Shown one piece after another: positions 11,331 through 23,929 of a DNA stretch of 64,000 nt. The stretch spans positions 3,317,514-3,381,513 of the forward strand of contig NC_057753.1 of assembly GCF_004010195.1 (NCBI RefSeq). Reading direction: 5' to 3'. A program made the translations under genes and the position numbers. The notes under the pieces were generated by a model. It searched no databases. It was not told where the DNA came from and saw nothing but the letters and a program-made list of their open reading frames with translations. The stretch is from Chiloscyllium plagiosum (Eukaryota). Within the stretch, counting starts at the first letter, position 1, and each line of letters starts with the position of its first letter.

Positions 11331-12340
11331 GATACCATCCTGTTCCCGTTAGGCCGGGAACTCCACCAGCTACTTGTGGGACACCACCCATACCCTCCAC
11401 CTGCTCCAAGACTTTCGTTTCCCCGCCCCCCAATGCCTCATCTTCACCATGGATATCCAGTCCCTATACACCTCCATCCTACATGACGAAGGCCTCCAAG
11501 CCCTCTGTTTCTTCCTCTCCCAATGTCCCACCCGGCACCCCACCGGCACATTCATTCAACTGGTTGAATGGGTCCTCATCCTAAACAACTTCTCCTTCCA
11601 ATCCTCCCGCTTCCTCCAAACCAAAGGGGTCGCCATGGGCACCTGCATAGGCCCCAGCTATGCCTGCCTCTTCATCAGGTACGTGGAACAGTCCATCTTC
11701 TGCAGCTACGCCAGCACCACCCCCAACCTTTTTCTCTGCGACATCGATGACTGTATTGGTGCTACCTTGCGCTCCCACGAGGAGGTTGAACAATTCATCA
11801 ACTTCACCAACACCTTTCACCCTGACCTCAAATTTACCTGGACCATCTCAGACACCTCCCTCCCCTTCTTGGACCTCTCCATCTCCATCCCTGGCAGTTG
11901 ACTACAAATCCACCGACACCCACTGCTACCTGGACTACACCTCCTCCCACCCTGCCTCCTGTAAATATGCCATCCCTTATTCCCAAATCCACAACCTCCG
12001 CCGAATATCCTCCCAGGATGACCAGTTCCACCATATCCAAGAAGGCCTTCTCCTTCAAAGACCGCAATTGCCCCTCCCACGTGGTCGACGATACCCACCA
12101 GTGCATCTCATCCATTTGCCGCACCTCCAACCTAGAACCCAACCCCTCCCAATGCAACAAGGACAGAAACCCCTGGTCCTCACCTTCCACCCCACCAACC
12201 TCCGGATACATCACAGCATCACACTCCGCCACTTCCACCACCTACAAACCCACCAGTAGGGATATATTTCCCTCCCCACCCCTATCAGCGTTCCGGAGAG
12301 ACCATTCCCGCTGTGACTCCCTCATCAGATCCACGTGCCC
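11330..12340 (+). mobile_element. Penelope-like RT core (pseudogenised)
   Basis: ORF 11374-11901 contains MDIQSLYTSI, QTKGVAMGTCIGPSYACLF, FLCDIDD and LPFLDL. YKSTDTHCYLDY follows in another frame. Confidence 0.9.
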
Positions 12341-12377
12341 CCCAGCGGTCTCGCGGTGCGGTCCTCCAGCCCGCTTC

Positions 12378-12897
12378 CTATTGCGTGCAATTCTGGTCTC
12401 CTTCCTATCGGAAGGATGTTTTGAAACTTGAAAGGATTCAAAAAAGCTTTACAAGGATGTTGCCAGAGTTGCAGGATTTGAGCTACAGGGAAAGGCTGGA
12501 CAGGCTGAGGCTGTTTTCCCTGGAGCATCGGGGGCTGAGGGCGTGACCTTAAAGAGGTTTATAAAATCATGAGGGGTATGGATAAGGTAAATAGACAAGG
12601 ACCTTTCCTTGGGGTGGGGAGTCCAGAACTGGAGGGCATAGGTTCAGGGTGAGAGGGGAAAAACTTAGAAGGGACCTAAGGGGCAATGATTTCATACAGA
12701 GGATGGGTGCGTATATGGAATGAGCTGGCAGAGGAAGTTGCTGGTACAATTGCAACATTTAAAAAGCATCGAGTCGGGTATGCGAATAGGAAGAGTTTAG
12801 AGGGATATGGACTAGGTGCTGGCAAATAGGACTAAATCATGTTCGGATATCTGGGCGGCATGGAGTGAAGGGTCTGTTTCGGTGCTGTACATCTCTG
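12378..12897 (+). mobile_element. CR1 LINE 3' end
   Basis: YCVQFWSPSYRKDVLKLERIQK followed by the CR1 3' UTR. Confidence 0.9.
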
Positions 12898-13109
12898 TGT
12901 GTGTTTTCTCTGTGTGCTTCTGTGCCAATTTACGTCTGCAATAGGTCACACTTTGCACAAGTTGTTGTGGGGGGGGGGGCGGTGGTTGGAGGAAGGTTTG
13001 CTTGAAAATTAAAATGTGAAGAATTAAAGCCTCACAGCATCTCCATTGCACTCTGCAGCTAAACTGATACAATACCACTCTCTGCTGTCCTCACTACATC
13101 ACTGCACAA

Positions 13110-13480
13110 GTAGGGAGCAGCGCGCAGGCGCCTGCCCGGACCCGGCAAAGGAGCATGCGCAGATCCGTTGACGGCGCTCCGCGGACGTTCTTCCTTTGCA
13201 TTTCGGACATGGTGAACATGGCAGGCTTTAATGGACATTGTGCGTAATCCGCGACCCCCGCGGAGGAGATCGTGGTTGTTTAGACGAAGTCGGGGCGAAT
13301 TATGGAGCAGAGGCTTTCGGCCCAGCCTTCCCGGGGCGACCTCCGCCATCTTTGTTAAGGGGCGCCGGGCAGCTGGGCGCGTGCGCGGCCGCCATCTTTA
13401 TTGGGGCGACCGGTCATCTGGGCGCATGCGCGGCCGCCATCTTGGTGTTGGGATGAATGGGGCGGAGCTTGCAACCCATT
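13110..13480. promoter_or_regulatory. Second CpG-island promoter
   Basis: CpG-rich, with GAGCATGCGCAG (13151) and GCGCATGCGC (~13422), three (G)CCGCCATCTT YY1-type motifs (~13344, ~13389, ~13433) and a GC box GGGGCGGAG (~13459). Confidence 0.7.
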
Positions 13481-13659
13481 GATCAGGTTGGAGGCAACCT
13501 GTCAATCAAACTGCATTGGCCTTTCACACCCAGTGTGTTGTGGGTGAGGTGCAGCAGAGGGATGGAAGGAAACATAGGGAGAGCAATTCCTGCGCTCAGC
13601 ATCCCATTACCTGCATGGGATGTCCTGCCTCAATGCAGCTAAAGATCTGTGAGTCTACT

Positions 13660-14490
13660 CAGGAGAAAGTGAGTGCTGGAGTCCTGAGTGCGGTGCTGGA
13701 AAAGCACAGCAGGTCAGGCAGCATCCCAGGAGCAGGAGAATCAATGTTTCGGGCGTAAGCCCTTCATCAGGAATGAGGCTTGTGTCCCAAGGGGGCGGGG
13801 AATGTCAAAGATAAATGGGAGGGGGTTGTGGCTAGGAGGAGGTAGCTGAAAATGTGATAGGTAGATGAAGGGGGTGGGGTAGTGGTGGGGGGGAAAGGTG
13901 ATAGGTCAGAGAGGAGGATGGAGTGGATAGGTGGGAGAGACGATGGACAGGTCAAGCGGGTGGTGCCGAGTTGGAGGCTTGGGACTGGGTGATGTGGGGG
14001 GAGGGGAAATGAGGAAACTGGTGAAACGCACGTTGATCCCAAGCGGTTTCAGGGTCTCAAGGCGGAAGATGTGGCATTCTTCCTCCAGGCGTCGGGTGGA
14101 TAGGGTTTGAAGAATGCCTCATCTTTTGCCTTGGGACCCTGCAACCACATGGGATTAATCTGGACTTCACCAGTTTTCTCATTTCCTCTCCCCTTACCTT
14201 AACTTAATCCCAAGTGTCCAACTCAGCACAGCCCTCTTGATCTTCTATCGTCTTTCTCATCGATCTGCACCACCCTCCTCTCCAATCTATCACCTTTCCC
14301 TCCCCCCCATCTTCATCTACCTATTGCATTCCCAGCTACCTTCCTCCTAGCGCCCTCCCCCCCAATCTATCTCTCAGCAACCTCCGACACACAAGCCCCA
14401 TTCCTGATGACGAGCTTATGCTCAAAACATAGACTTTCCTGCTCCTCAGATGCTGCCTGACCTGCTGTGTTTTACGAGCACCACACTCTC
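13660..14490. mobile_element. Inverted Penelope-like 3' end pair
   Basis: Minus copy at about 13660-14105 and plus copy at about 14110-14490. Hammerhead variants lie at 13739-13774 (-) and 14400-14435 (+, GAAA mutated to AAAA). Confidence 0.8.
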
Positions 14491-15179
14491 GAATGTGACT
14501 GTATTCAGTCACACGAAGACCCAGGGTAGACTGGCAGGAGGCTAGAAGAACACAGCAAGTCAGGCAGCATCAAGAGGTGATGAAGTCAATGTTTCGGATG
14601 GACAGACCCAGAACAGAAATTCATGATACTGTGTAGATGTAATTATCAAAACAGTTGACGGCCTTCTATGATGACAGAAGGAAACATCCACATCCTTTGT
14701 TTGCCAGGGAGTTAGAAGGAGGGGAGTTCATAGTTGCAAATTCCCACCAGAGGAATAGTTTGCCTCTTCTGAATTGGTATCCTGGACTGATGGATGTTGC
14801 AAACTTCTTTTACAGGACATTACATGGACATCTGCTGACAGGAAACTGAAACAAAACATCACACGACACAATTAGTTGGTGTATATTATCGGGCTTTGAA
14901 TGTAAGTGTGGTATTTCGGATCATGACCATATGCAGGATCAAACTTTCTCTGACATTCTCCCTCTGACTCTTCACCAAGATCTTCAATCATTCAGTGTCC
15001 CAAAATCTTTTTCTATGACCAGCTAATGGGAATAAACATTCCTAATCGACTATAAATTAATACTTCATAAACAAATGTGTCTCATTTTCCACTTAACGTA
15101 TTTCATTCCAAGCAGACAATTTCAGTTCCTGTTGCATAACTAGGTGGCACAGTAGAATGACTAAAATGGTATAGAATGA

Positions 15180-15508
15180 TATAGAATCCCTACTGTGTCC
15201 TTTGGCCCAAGTCCATACCCACCCCCGAAGAGTAACCCACCCAGACCCATTCCCCTACTGCTCTACATATCCCCCCTGCCTAATACACCTAACTTTCATA
15301 TACCTGAACACTATGGGGCAATTTAGCCTGGCCAATTCACCTAACCTGCACATCTTTGGACTGTGGGAGGAAACCGGAGCACCCGGAGGAAACCCACGCA
15401 GACACGGGGAGAATGTGCAAACTCCACACAGATAGTCGCCCAAGGCGGGATTCGAACCCTGGGGCTGTGAGGCAACAGTGCTCTAACCATTGAGCCACCG
15501 TGCTGCCT
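15180..15508 (-). mobile_element. HE1-like SINE
   Basis: SINE consensus on the minus strand. Confidence 0.85.
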
Positions 15509-15719
15509 CAAATTGCTCACTCAACACCAGGTCCACTTCAAGCACCAAGGCGTTTATTGTCTTACAGCTGTGGGGCGAAAGCTACTCCAAGGACCTCTCC
15601 ACTGAACAAATTGAAACATGCACTTTTCAGACATCTGCTTTGCATTTTGTTTTGACAAGCAATACCCTTCTCTTCAGGGGCAATGCTTACGTGGTCGAGA
15701 ATGGGAAGGGGAGGGCAGG

Positions 15720-16010
15720 GATTAAATCAAAATAGTTGGAGGCGGAAAAAAAACACTCCAAGCCCCACGGTGCTCACCTCTCCCTGAAAACCTCGAGGTT
15801 GTTGGTCGACTGTGCTCCTTCTCCAGGGACACTCAGACCTGAATGTAACCTTGGAAAAGGGGCAGGCAATCAGCCCTAATGACCCTCTCCATGGCCCACA
15901 GCCTGGACCTGTTTATAGCCCGCCTGGCCAGGACCAGGAGCAGACCCGCGAGGAGATCCTCTGACTTGCCCTCCCCCCTCCACGCCGTGTGCCCAAAGAT
16001 CAGGAGCGTG
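15720..16010 (-). mobile_element. Tx1/L1-clade LINE ORF2 C-terminal fragment
   Basis: Manual translation EDLLAGLLLVLARRAINRSRLWAMERVIRADCLPLFQGYIQV*VSLEKEH resembles a Tx1-type ORF2 end. This is from recall, not a search. Confidence 0.5.
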
Positions 16011-16349
16011 GGTGCATTTGCTTTTAACTTGCCTTTGGCCGGTATAAATCAATCGGATCATTAAATAGTTGCATGCACATCCAGTCAGGTGAATCATGGG
16101 AACGCATGATCAGTACATGGGCAGCTTTAGGTCATCCCATGGTGTCTACCAGAACACTCCTTCTCGGTTATCCTTGGGCTTTCACGGTGCAACTTCTTCA
16201 ACCACATTCCAGGCTTCATCTCCTGCATCAGCTGTTCAGTACTCCTCTGATTTTAGGAAGGAAGCATCTTCTATCTGCTTTAGAATTTCCACAGGAATAC
16301 AATTAAGTGCACTAATGCCTTTTATACTTAAACACTGCTGTTGGAATGG

Positions 16350-17785
16350 CAAATCAAGGCAGGACTTATGCACTTAATAGGAGTGTTGCTGAACAAAGAG
16401 ACCTTGGAGTGCAGGTTCATAGCTCTGTGAAAGTGGAGTCGCAGGTAGATAGGGTAGTGAAGAAGGCATTTGGTATGCTTTCCTTTATTTGTCAGTGCAT
16501 TGAGTATAGGAGTTGGGAGGTCATGTTGCGGCTGTCCAGGACATTGGTTAGGCCACTGCGCTGACTTCTGGTCTTCCTGCTATAGGAGGGATGTTGTGAA
16601 ACTTGAAAGGGTTCAGAAAAGATTTACAAGGGTGTTGCCAGGGTTGAGGATTTGAGCTGTAGGGAGAGGCTGAATAGGCTGGGGCTGTTTTTCCTGGAGT
16701 GTCGGAGGCTGAGGGGTGACGTTATAGAGGTTTATAAAATAATGAGAGGCATGGATGGACAAGGTCTAGAACTAGAGGGACTAGGTTTAAAGTAAGAGGG
16801 GTGAGATTTAAAAGGGCCCTAAGGGGCAGCTTGTTCATGCAGAGGGTACGTGAGTTTGGAGCGAGCTACCAGAGAAAGTGGTGGAGGCTGGTACATTTTA
16901 AAAGGCATCTGGATGGGTTTGTGAATGTGACGAGTTCAGAGGGATATTGTTACAAAATGGGGTAACCCCCCCCCTGCTTAATTTAAACCAGCAGCACAGA
17001 AAAGATTAATCCCGTGTGGTTATCTGTGAAAATTCAACAGGCCAAGAACTATTTAAAGTAAAAATTAACAACTTTATTTCTTAAAGTATAACAGAGAATG
17101 ATTAACTAATAACTGTTTACAACTCCTTCCTCTAACCTATCTTTTACTTTTCCTTCTATAATACTAGTCCAATAAAACCCCCGATTTAAAATTCAACTTT
17201 CAAAAGCAGGCAGCTTTCGAATTGTCTTTTTACATTTTCCTCTGTCTTTCTTTTCTTCTTCTTAGGGATTTCTGTTTCACTGGTCACTGAAGGTACTTTT
17301 AAGAGAGCTATTCTGTGGGCAGTCTGCAGATGCTGGTGGATTAGCAGTTCTCCCCCCAACTGTTCAATTTTCCCTGGTCTTACACCCCCCAAAGCATTGG
17401 ATTGTGCATTGGCTTTTAATAATGGCTTTATCCTATCCATGCCCCTCATAATTTTGTAAACCTCTATAAGGTCAATTCAACCTTGGAGTTTGGTATGTTT
17501 TGGGTATAATTAAAACTGATTGGCCTAATTCGAATTTGTTTTTGTCTCCAGGCAACCAGCTACACTAGCTGCTGGACCACATGTTACATTGCTCAGAACA
17601 CTTGGTGCTGTCAGATAATGCTGCTAGCTTTTAACTCTCTTAAAGGTACAGTGCACCCACATCTTCATAACAATATGGGCCAAGTGCTGGCAAATGGGAC
17701 TGTATTAATCTAGGATATCTGGTCGTCATGGACGAGTTGGACTGAAGGGTCCGTTTCCATAGAGTACATCTCTGTAACTCCATGG
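16350..17785 (+). mobile_element. CR1 LINE 3' end split by a solo LTR
   Basis: RDLGVQVHSS...KKAFGML; the 3' UTR GAGGGATAT|GGGCCAAG is split at 16947/17673. Confidence 0.85.
16948..17672. mobile_element. Solo LTR-like element (725 bp)
   Basis: TGTTA...TAACA termini with a 4-bp TSD ATAT at 16944-16947 and 17673-17676. No coding capacity. Confidence 0.8.
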
Positions 17786-18228
17786 CTGCATGTTGATATA
17801 CAACGTAGCTGCATTTATCAAGCGGTCTTCACTGACTATGGGTCAGTCCCTACCCTTTTATCCTGTGATCAGTACCAGTCTTTGGACTTGCCAGGATAGA
17901 GGTTTCGATCAGCATTTCTCTGTAATGTTTCTTATCAAACTGTTTCCCAACAAGCAATTGCATTTGCTGTTGTTTTACCACGTCTGTTGTATGCATTTTA
18001 CACGATCCTTTTTATTTTTTTTAATGCAAAGGATATGCTTCTTCTATGAAAGCTGCAATTACTCTATTAATGGTTCAACTTCAAGCATCATGTTTGAACA
18101 CCACTGTTTCTCTTCCTAACTGCGTTTTTCTGTGTTTGAAAGGTTGTTTGCAATGAGAGAATTCAAACAAAACCGCATCCAGATTGGACCGTTACGCTGT
18201 TTTTCATGACATCCTTATTACAGGTTTT

Positions 18229-18688
18229 TAGAGTCATAGAGATGTACAGCATGAAAACAGACCCTTCGGTCCAACCCGTCCATGCCGACCAGATATCCCA
18301 CCCAATCTAGTCCCACCTGCTAGCACCCGGCTCATATCTCTCCAAACCCTTCCTATACCTATACCCATCCAAATGTCTCTTAAATGTTGCAATTGTACCA
18401 GCCTCCACCACTTCCTCTGGCAACTCATTCCATACACATACCACCCTCTATGTGAAAAAGTTGCCCCTTAGGTGTCTTTCATATCTTTCCCCTCTCATCC
18501 TAAACCAATGCCCTCTACTTGTGGACTCCCCCACCCCAGGGAAAAGACTTTGTCTATTTATCCTATCCATGCCCCTCATAGTTGTTCAGCAACACTCCTT
18601 AGGACCTTACCATTATGTGTATAAATCCTGCTAAGATTTGCTTTCCCAAAATGCAGCACCTCGCATTTATCTGTATTAAACTCCATTT
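18229..18688 (-). mobile_element. CR1 LINE 3' end with internal deletion
   Basis: TAGAGTCA-type tail and CR1 3' UTR; the sequence jumps at about 18580. Confidence 0.85.
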
Positions 18689-18692
18689 AAAT

Positions 18693-19282
18693 GTGGAAGG
18701 AACAAGCACAGTTTGAAATGGAGAGAAACACCCACCGTCTGTGTGTGGAACAATCCGTGAAGAATCATCTGAAATGTCAAAACACCCGCACAGGGGAGAG
18801 ACTGTGGAAATGTGGAGATTGTGGGAAGGGATTTCTTTTCCCATCCCAGCTCGAAATTCATTAACACCGTCACACTGCGGAGAAACCAGTCACCTGCCCT
18901 GAGTGTGAGAAGGGAATTCACACAGTCATCTGACCTGCTGAGACACCAGCGCGTTCACACCGGAGGGAGACTGTGCACTTGCTCTGAGTGTGGGAAAGCA
19001 TTCACTCGCTCAGCTAAACTGCTGGCGAACCAGCGAGCTTGCACTGGGGATAAACCATTCACTTGCTCGGTGTGTGGGTAAGGATTCATCGTGTCGTCCA
19101 AACTGCTGAGATTCCAGCAAGTTCACACTGGGGAGAGACCGTTCGCCTGTTCTGAATGTGGGCAATGCTTTGCTGAATTATCCTACCTGCTGGCACACCA
19201 GTGGGTTCACATTGGGGAGAAACTATTCAACTGCACCCAGTGTGGAAAGGGATTCATTTGGTCATTTGTTCATCTGGCCTGA
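18693..19282 (+). pseudogene. C2H2 zinc-finger pseudogene, paralog of the gene at 1-151
   Basis: Starts VEGTSTV*NGEK (compare MKGTTTVHRAEK). Contains [20 protein letters not shown] and [13 protein letters not shown], an in-frame TAA at 19079-19081 (CG*GF) and frameshifts. Followed by CR1 sequence from about 19290. Confidence 0.85.
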
Positions 19283-19289
19283 TGAGACT

Positions 19290-20490
19290 TAAATGTAGCC
19301 CCTTAGGTCCGTTTAATATCTGTCTCCATTCACCCTAAACTCTGCACACCCATCCTGGATTCACCCACCCCAGAGAAAAGACTTTGCCTATTTATCCTAT
19401 CCATGCACCTCATGATTTTAGAAACTTCTATAAGGTCACCCCTCAGTCTCCGAAGCTCCAGGGAAAACAGACCCAGCCTATTCAGCCTCTCCCTGTCACT
19501 CAAATCCTTCAACCCTGGCAACATCCTTGTAAATCTTTGTGGGCGGCACGGTGGCATTGTGGGCGGCACCGTGGCATCGTGGCATCGGTGGCGCAGTGGT
19601 TAGCACTGCTGCCTCACAGCGTCAGAGACCCGGGTTCAATTCCTGCCTCTGGCGACTCTCTGGATGGAGTTTGCACATTCTCCCCGTGTCTGTGTGGGTT
19701 TCCTCCGGGTGCTCCGGTTTCCTCCCACAGTCCAAAAAATGTGCAGGTTAGGTGAATTGGCCATGCTAAATTGCCCGTAGTGTTAGGTGAAGAGGTAAAT
19801 GTAGGGGAATGGGTCTGGGTGGGTTGCGCTTCGGCGGGTCGGTGTGGACTTGTTGGGCCGAAGCGCCTGTTTCCACACTGTAAGTAATCTAATCTAATTT
19901 TCTGAATCCTTTCAGTTTCGCAACATCCTCCAGATAGGAAGGAGACCAGAATTGCACAGAATATTCCAAAAGTGGCCGAACAAATGTCCTATACAGCCTC
20001 AACATGACCTCCCAACTCCTGTACTCAATGCTCTGACCAATAAAGGAAAGCATACCAAATGCCTTCTTAACTATCCCGTCTACCTGCGACTCCATCTTCA
20101 AGGAACTAAACAACCTCTACTCAAGGTCTCTGTTCAGCAATGCTCTCTAGGAACTTACCATTAACTGAACAAGTCCTGCTCTGATTTGCTTTTCCAAAAT
20201 GCAGCACCTCATATTTATCTAAATTAAACTCCATCTGCCACTCCTTCACCCATTGGCCCATCTGATGAAGATCCCATATAATTTGAGGTAACCTTCTTCG
20301 CTGTCCACTCCACCACCAATTTTGGTTTCTTCTGCAAGCTTATTAACTGTACCCCCTATGTTCATATCTAAATCATTTATATCATTGACGAGAAGTAGTG
20401 GACCCAGCACTGATGCTTGTGGCACACCACTGGTCTCAGGCCTTCAGTCTGAAAAGCAAGCCTCCACCACCACCCTCTGTTTTCTATCTT
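19290..20490 (-). mobile_element. CR1 LINE interrupted by a SINE
   Basis: ORFs 19330-19569 and 19889-20113 are CR1 ORF2 C-terminal pieces. Confidence 0.85.
19541..19895 (+). mobile_element. HE1-like SINE, near full length, with reiterated 5' head
   Basis: A GGCGGCACGGTGGCA-like head is repeated at 19541-19590. A- and B-boxes are present and the tail is (TAATC)n. Confidence 0.9.
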
Positions 20491-21506
20491 CAAGCTGTAT
20501 CCATATGTACTGACATTTTGGCTAAAATGGTCATAAAAGTGTCCATCTGTAGGGCAGCGTTTGCAAATGATCTCAATTCACTGTGTATCAACACATTCAC
20601 ACTGGATCGAGGCGATCCATCTGCACACTTTATGAAAATGTACTTTCTAGTACATCAAATGGTCAACGGGAATTAGAGGAACAAAATTGCAGGGAGATTG
20701 AGGAGACTTGCAGGAGCACTAGGGTTGAAATATTAGGGGATTTTAATCTATACAGCCTCAACTTGACCTCCCAACTCCTGTACTCAATGCTCTGACCAAT
20801 AAAGGAAAGCATACCAAATGCCTTCTTCACTATCCTGTCTACCTGTGACTCTACTTTCAAGGAACTAAACAACCTGCATTCAAGGTCTCTGTTCAGCAAT
20901 GCTCTCTAGGAACTTACCATTAACTGTATAAGTCCTGCTCTGATTTGCTTTTCCAAAATGCAGCACCTCATATTTATCTAAATTAAACTCCATCTGCCAC
21001 TCCTTCGCCCATTGGCTCATCTGATGAAGATCCCATATAATTTGAGGTAACCTTCTTCGCTGTCCACCCCACCTCCAATTTTGGTTTCTTCTGCAAGCTT
21101 ATTAACTGTACCTCCTATGTTCATATCCAAATCATTTATATCATTGACGAGAAGTAGTAGACCCAGCACTGATGCTTGTGGCACACCACTGGTCTCAGGC
21201 CTTCAGTCTGAAAAGCAAGCCTCCACCACCACCCTCTGTTTTCTATCTTCAAGCTGTATCCATATGTACTGACATTGTGGCTAAAATGGTCATAAAAGTG
21301 TCCATCTGTAGGGCAGCGTTTGCAAATGATCTCAATTCACTGTATATCAACACATTCACACTGGATCGAGGCGATCCATCTGCACACTTTATGAAAATGT
21401 ACTTTCTAGTACATCAAATGGTCAACGGGAATTAGAGGAACAAAATTGCAGGGAGATTGAGGAGACTTGCAGGAGCACTACGGTTGAAATATTAGGGGAT
21501 TTTAAT
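19989..21506. repeat. Tandem duplication, 2 x 759 bp
   Basis: 19989-20747 matches 20748-21506 with a few substitutions. The ORF track shows duplicated peptides. Confidence 0.95.
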
Positions 21507-22455
21507 GTTCTTAATGAGATTGTCAGAGTGTTTTGGGTTTGGATGGGTTGGATTTGTTAAGTGAGTTGAGGAAAGTTTCCTTCAGCAGTGTATAGAGGGT
21601 CCTACTCGGGAAGGGGCAAAACTCGACCTACTCTTGGGCATTAGGGCAGGACAGCTGCCAGAGGTGACAGTGGGGGAGCACTTGGGACCAGTGACCACAG
21701 ATCTGTTAATTTTAAAATAATTATGGAGAGGGACAAAACTGGTCCACAGGTTCAGGTTCTGAACTGGGGCAAGGCAAATTTTGATGGAATTAGACAAGAG
21801 CATGCAGGGGTTGATTGGAATAGTTTGTTTGCAGGCAAAAGGACCTCTGGCAAGTGGGAGGTTTTTAAAAGTGTGATTGCTGGAGTTCAAAATCTATATG
21901 TTTCTGTGAGCGTGAAAGGCACAATTGACAGGAACAGGGACCCTGGATGACAAGAGACATTGAGGCTTTGACCGGAAAAATGGAAGGAGGCTTTGCTCAG
22001 GCACAAGCAACTTGAAGCAAGGGAATCCCTGGCAGTATGCCGGGAATACAGGAGTTTACTGAAGAAGGAAATCAGGAGAGTGAAAAGGGGGCACGAGATA
22101 GCCATGGCTAAGAAGATTAGGTTGAATTCAAAGACGTTGTTTAGTTATATTAGAGGAAAAAGAATAACTGGAGAGAGAGAAAATAGGGCCCGTCAGGACC
22201 AAAATGGACATGTCTGTGTAGAACTGCAGGAGATGGGCGAGGTCCTCAATGAATATTTCTCCTCTGTGTTTACTGTGGAGAAAGACGTGAAGACTTGAGG
22301 AGTCTACTGGTGATATCTTGGTGACAGTCCATATCACAGTCAAGGAGGTGCTGGGTGTACTCGAATGTACGAAGGTGGCTCAATCTCCACATCCTGACCA
22401 GATATACCCAAGAACACTGCAAGAGGCAGGAGAAGACATTGCGGGGGCCCGAGAT
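21440..22455 (+). mobile_element. CR1 ORF2 endonuclease-to-RT linker fragment
   Basis: ILGDFN, LNWGKANF, LNEYFSSVFT, SPHPDQIYPRTLQE. Confidence 0.8.
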
Positions 22456-22459
22456 GATA

Positions 22460-23800
22460 TTGTTTTAAGTTCTACCTTATCTATTGTCTCTGTCTTGCTC
22501 ATTCCAACAGGAATGGTACTGTTGTCCTTCTCCTTGAAAACTGAGGCAAAGTATTGATTCAGCATCTCTGAAAATTCACTGTTAACTTTACGGTTTCATC
22601 TGCCAAGAGACAAACAGTCACATTGATGACTCTCTTTCCTTTTAAATATCTATGGAAGATTTAGCTATCCTGTTTGTTGTTTTGGACTAGTTTTCTTTCA
22701 TAAGTTACCTAGCTCTTTTTTAAAATGTTTAAATATCCCTTTGATTATGTCTGAAACTTTCCCAACCTTCGACCCTGCCACTAGCTTTGGAAATATGGTA
22801 TACGATAGTTTTTGACTTTAATATTGTCCTTGACCTCCTTTTTATCCCTGGATTTTTTTTTGTTTTACCTTCCTTACGTCTTTCTTTCTCTCTGGGACGT
22901 ATTTTAATTGTGAGGAATTGAGTAGCTCCTTAAACATTTATCACTGCTCATCCACTGTCTCACCATTTAGCTTTCCTGTTCAATCTACTCATGCCAAATC
23001 TGTCCTCACCCCGATCTAATTTCCTTTGTTGAATTGCAGAACACTAATGTAGGACTCCACTTACTCACCCAAAACTGAATTTTGAATTCTATCATAGCAT
23101 GGTCACTACTCCCTGGAGGATGTTTAACTATGATGTCATCAATTAATCTCCCCTCATTGCACAATACAACATCCAGAGTAGCCTGCTTACTGATTGGTTC
23201 CACAACATAATGCTCCAAGAATGAAATCTCCAAAATATTCAATTAACTCTTCCTCCAGGCTTCTCTTGCCAAATTGATTCTTCCAATATATGTGCATGAT
23301 AAAATCACCCATGATTATTGCTGTGCCTTTCTTACTAGACTCTAATATTTCCTGGTTTTTACTGTGCCCCGCTGAAGAATCACTGTTTGGGGACCTATAG
23401 ATTACTCCTTAAAGGTACTTCTACCCTTTGCCATTTCTTATTTCTACCCAGACTGATTCAACATCTTGATCTCACATGCTTATGTTATTTCTCATTACAG
23501 CACTGAGAGAGGCCACATCACCTCCTTTTCCTTTCAGCCTGTCTTTCCGAAATGCTGAGTACCCCTGGGTATTCAATTTCCAGACCTGATCTCCTTGTTA
23601 CCATGTTTCAGCAATCGCTCCCAAATCGTACCTTTTTGTTTCTATTCGCAGTATTAAAGCATTAATTTTGTTTGGAGCTTTTGTGCATTTATATACAAAA
23701 CTTTTAAATTCATTCCACCTTTAAATTTCCCTACTTTTTAAAAATAATTCCTTGGTGAATAAAAATGTTTGCCTGTTCTCTCCTTCACCTTTATTGTCAG
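22460..23800 (-). mobile_element. Old CR1-type LINE fragment (endonuclease region)
   Basis: ATLDVVLCN...GSSDHAMIEF and MLNQYFASVF. Confidence 0.7.
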
Positions 23801-23929
23801 GTAATCATCCGCCACATCACTAACCTGCAATCTTACCTCCTCCAAGTAGGGTTTTCTAATTTCATCTATAACGGGACCCCCCAAGCCCCTCCATTTAGTT
23901 TAATTCATTTATATAACTGGTTTGGAATA

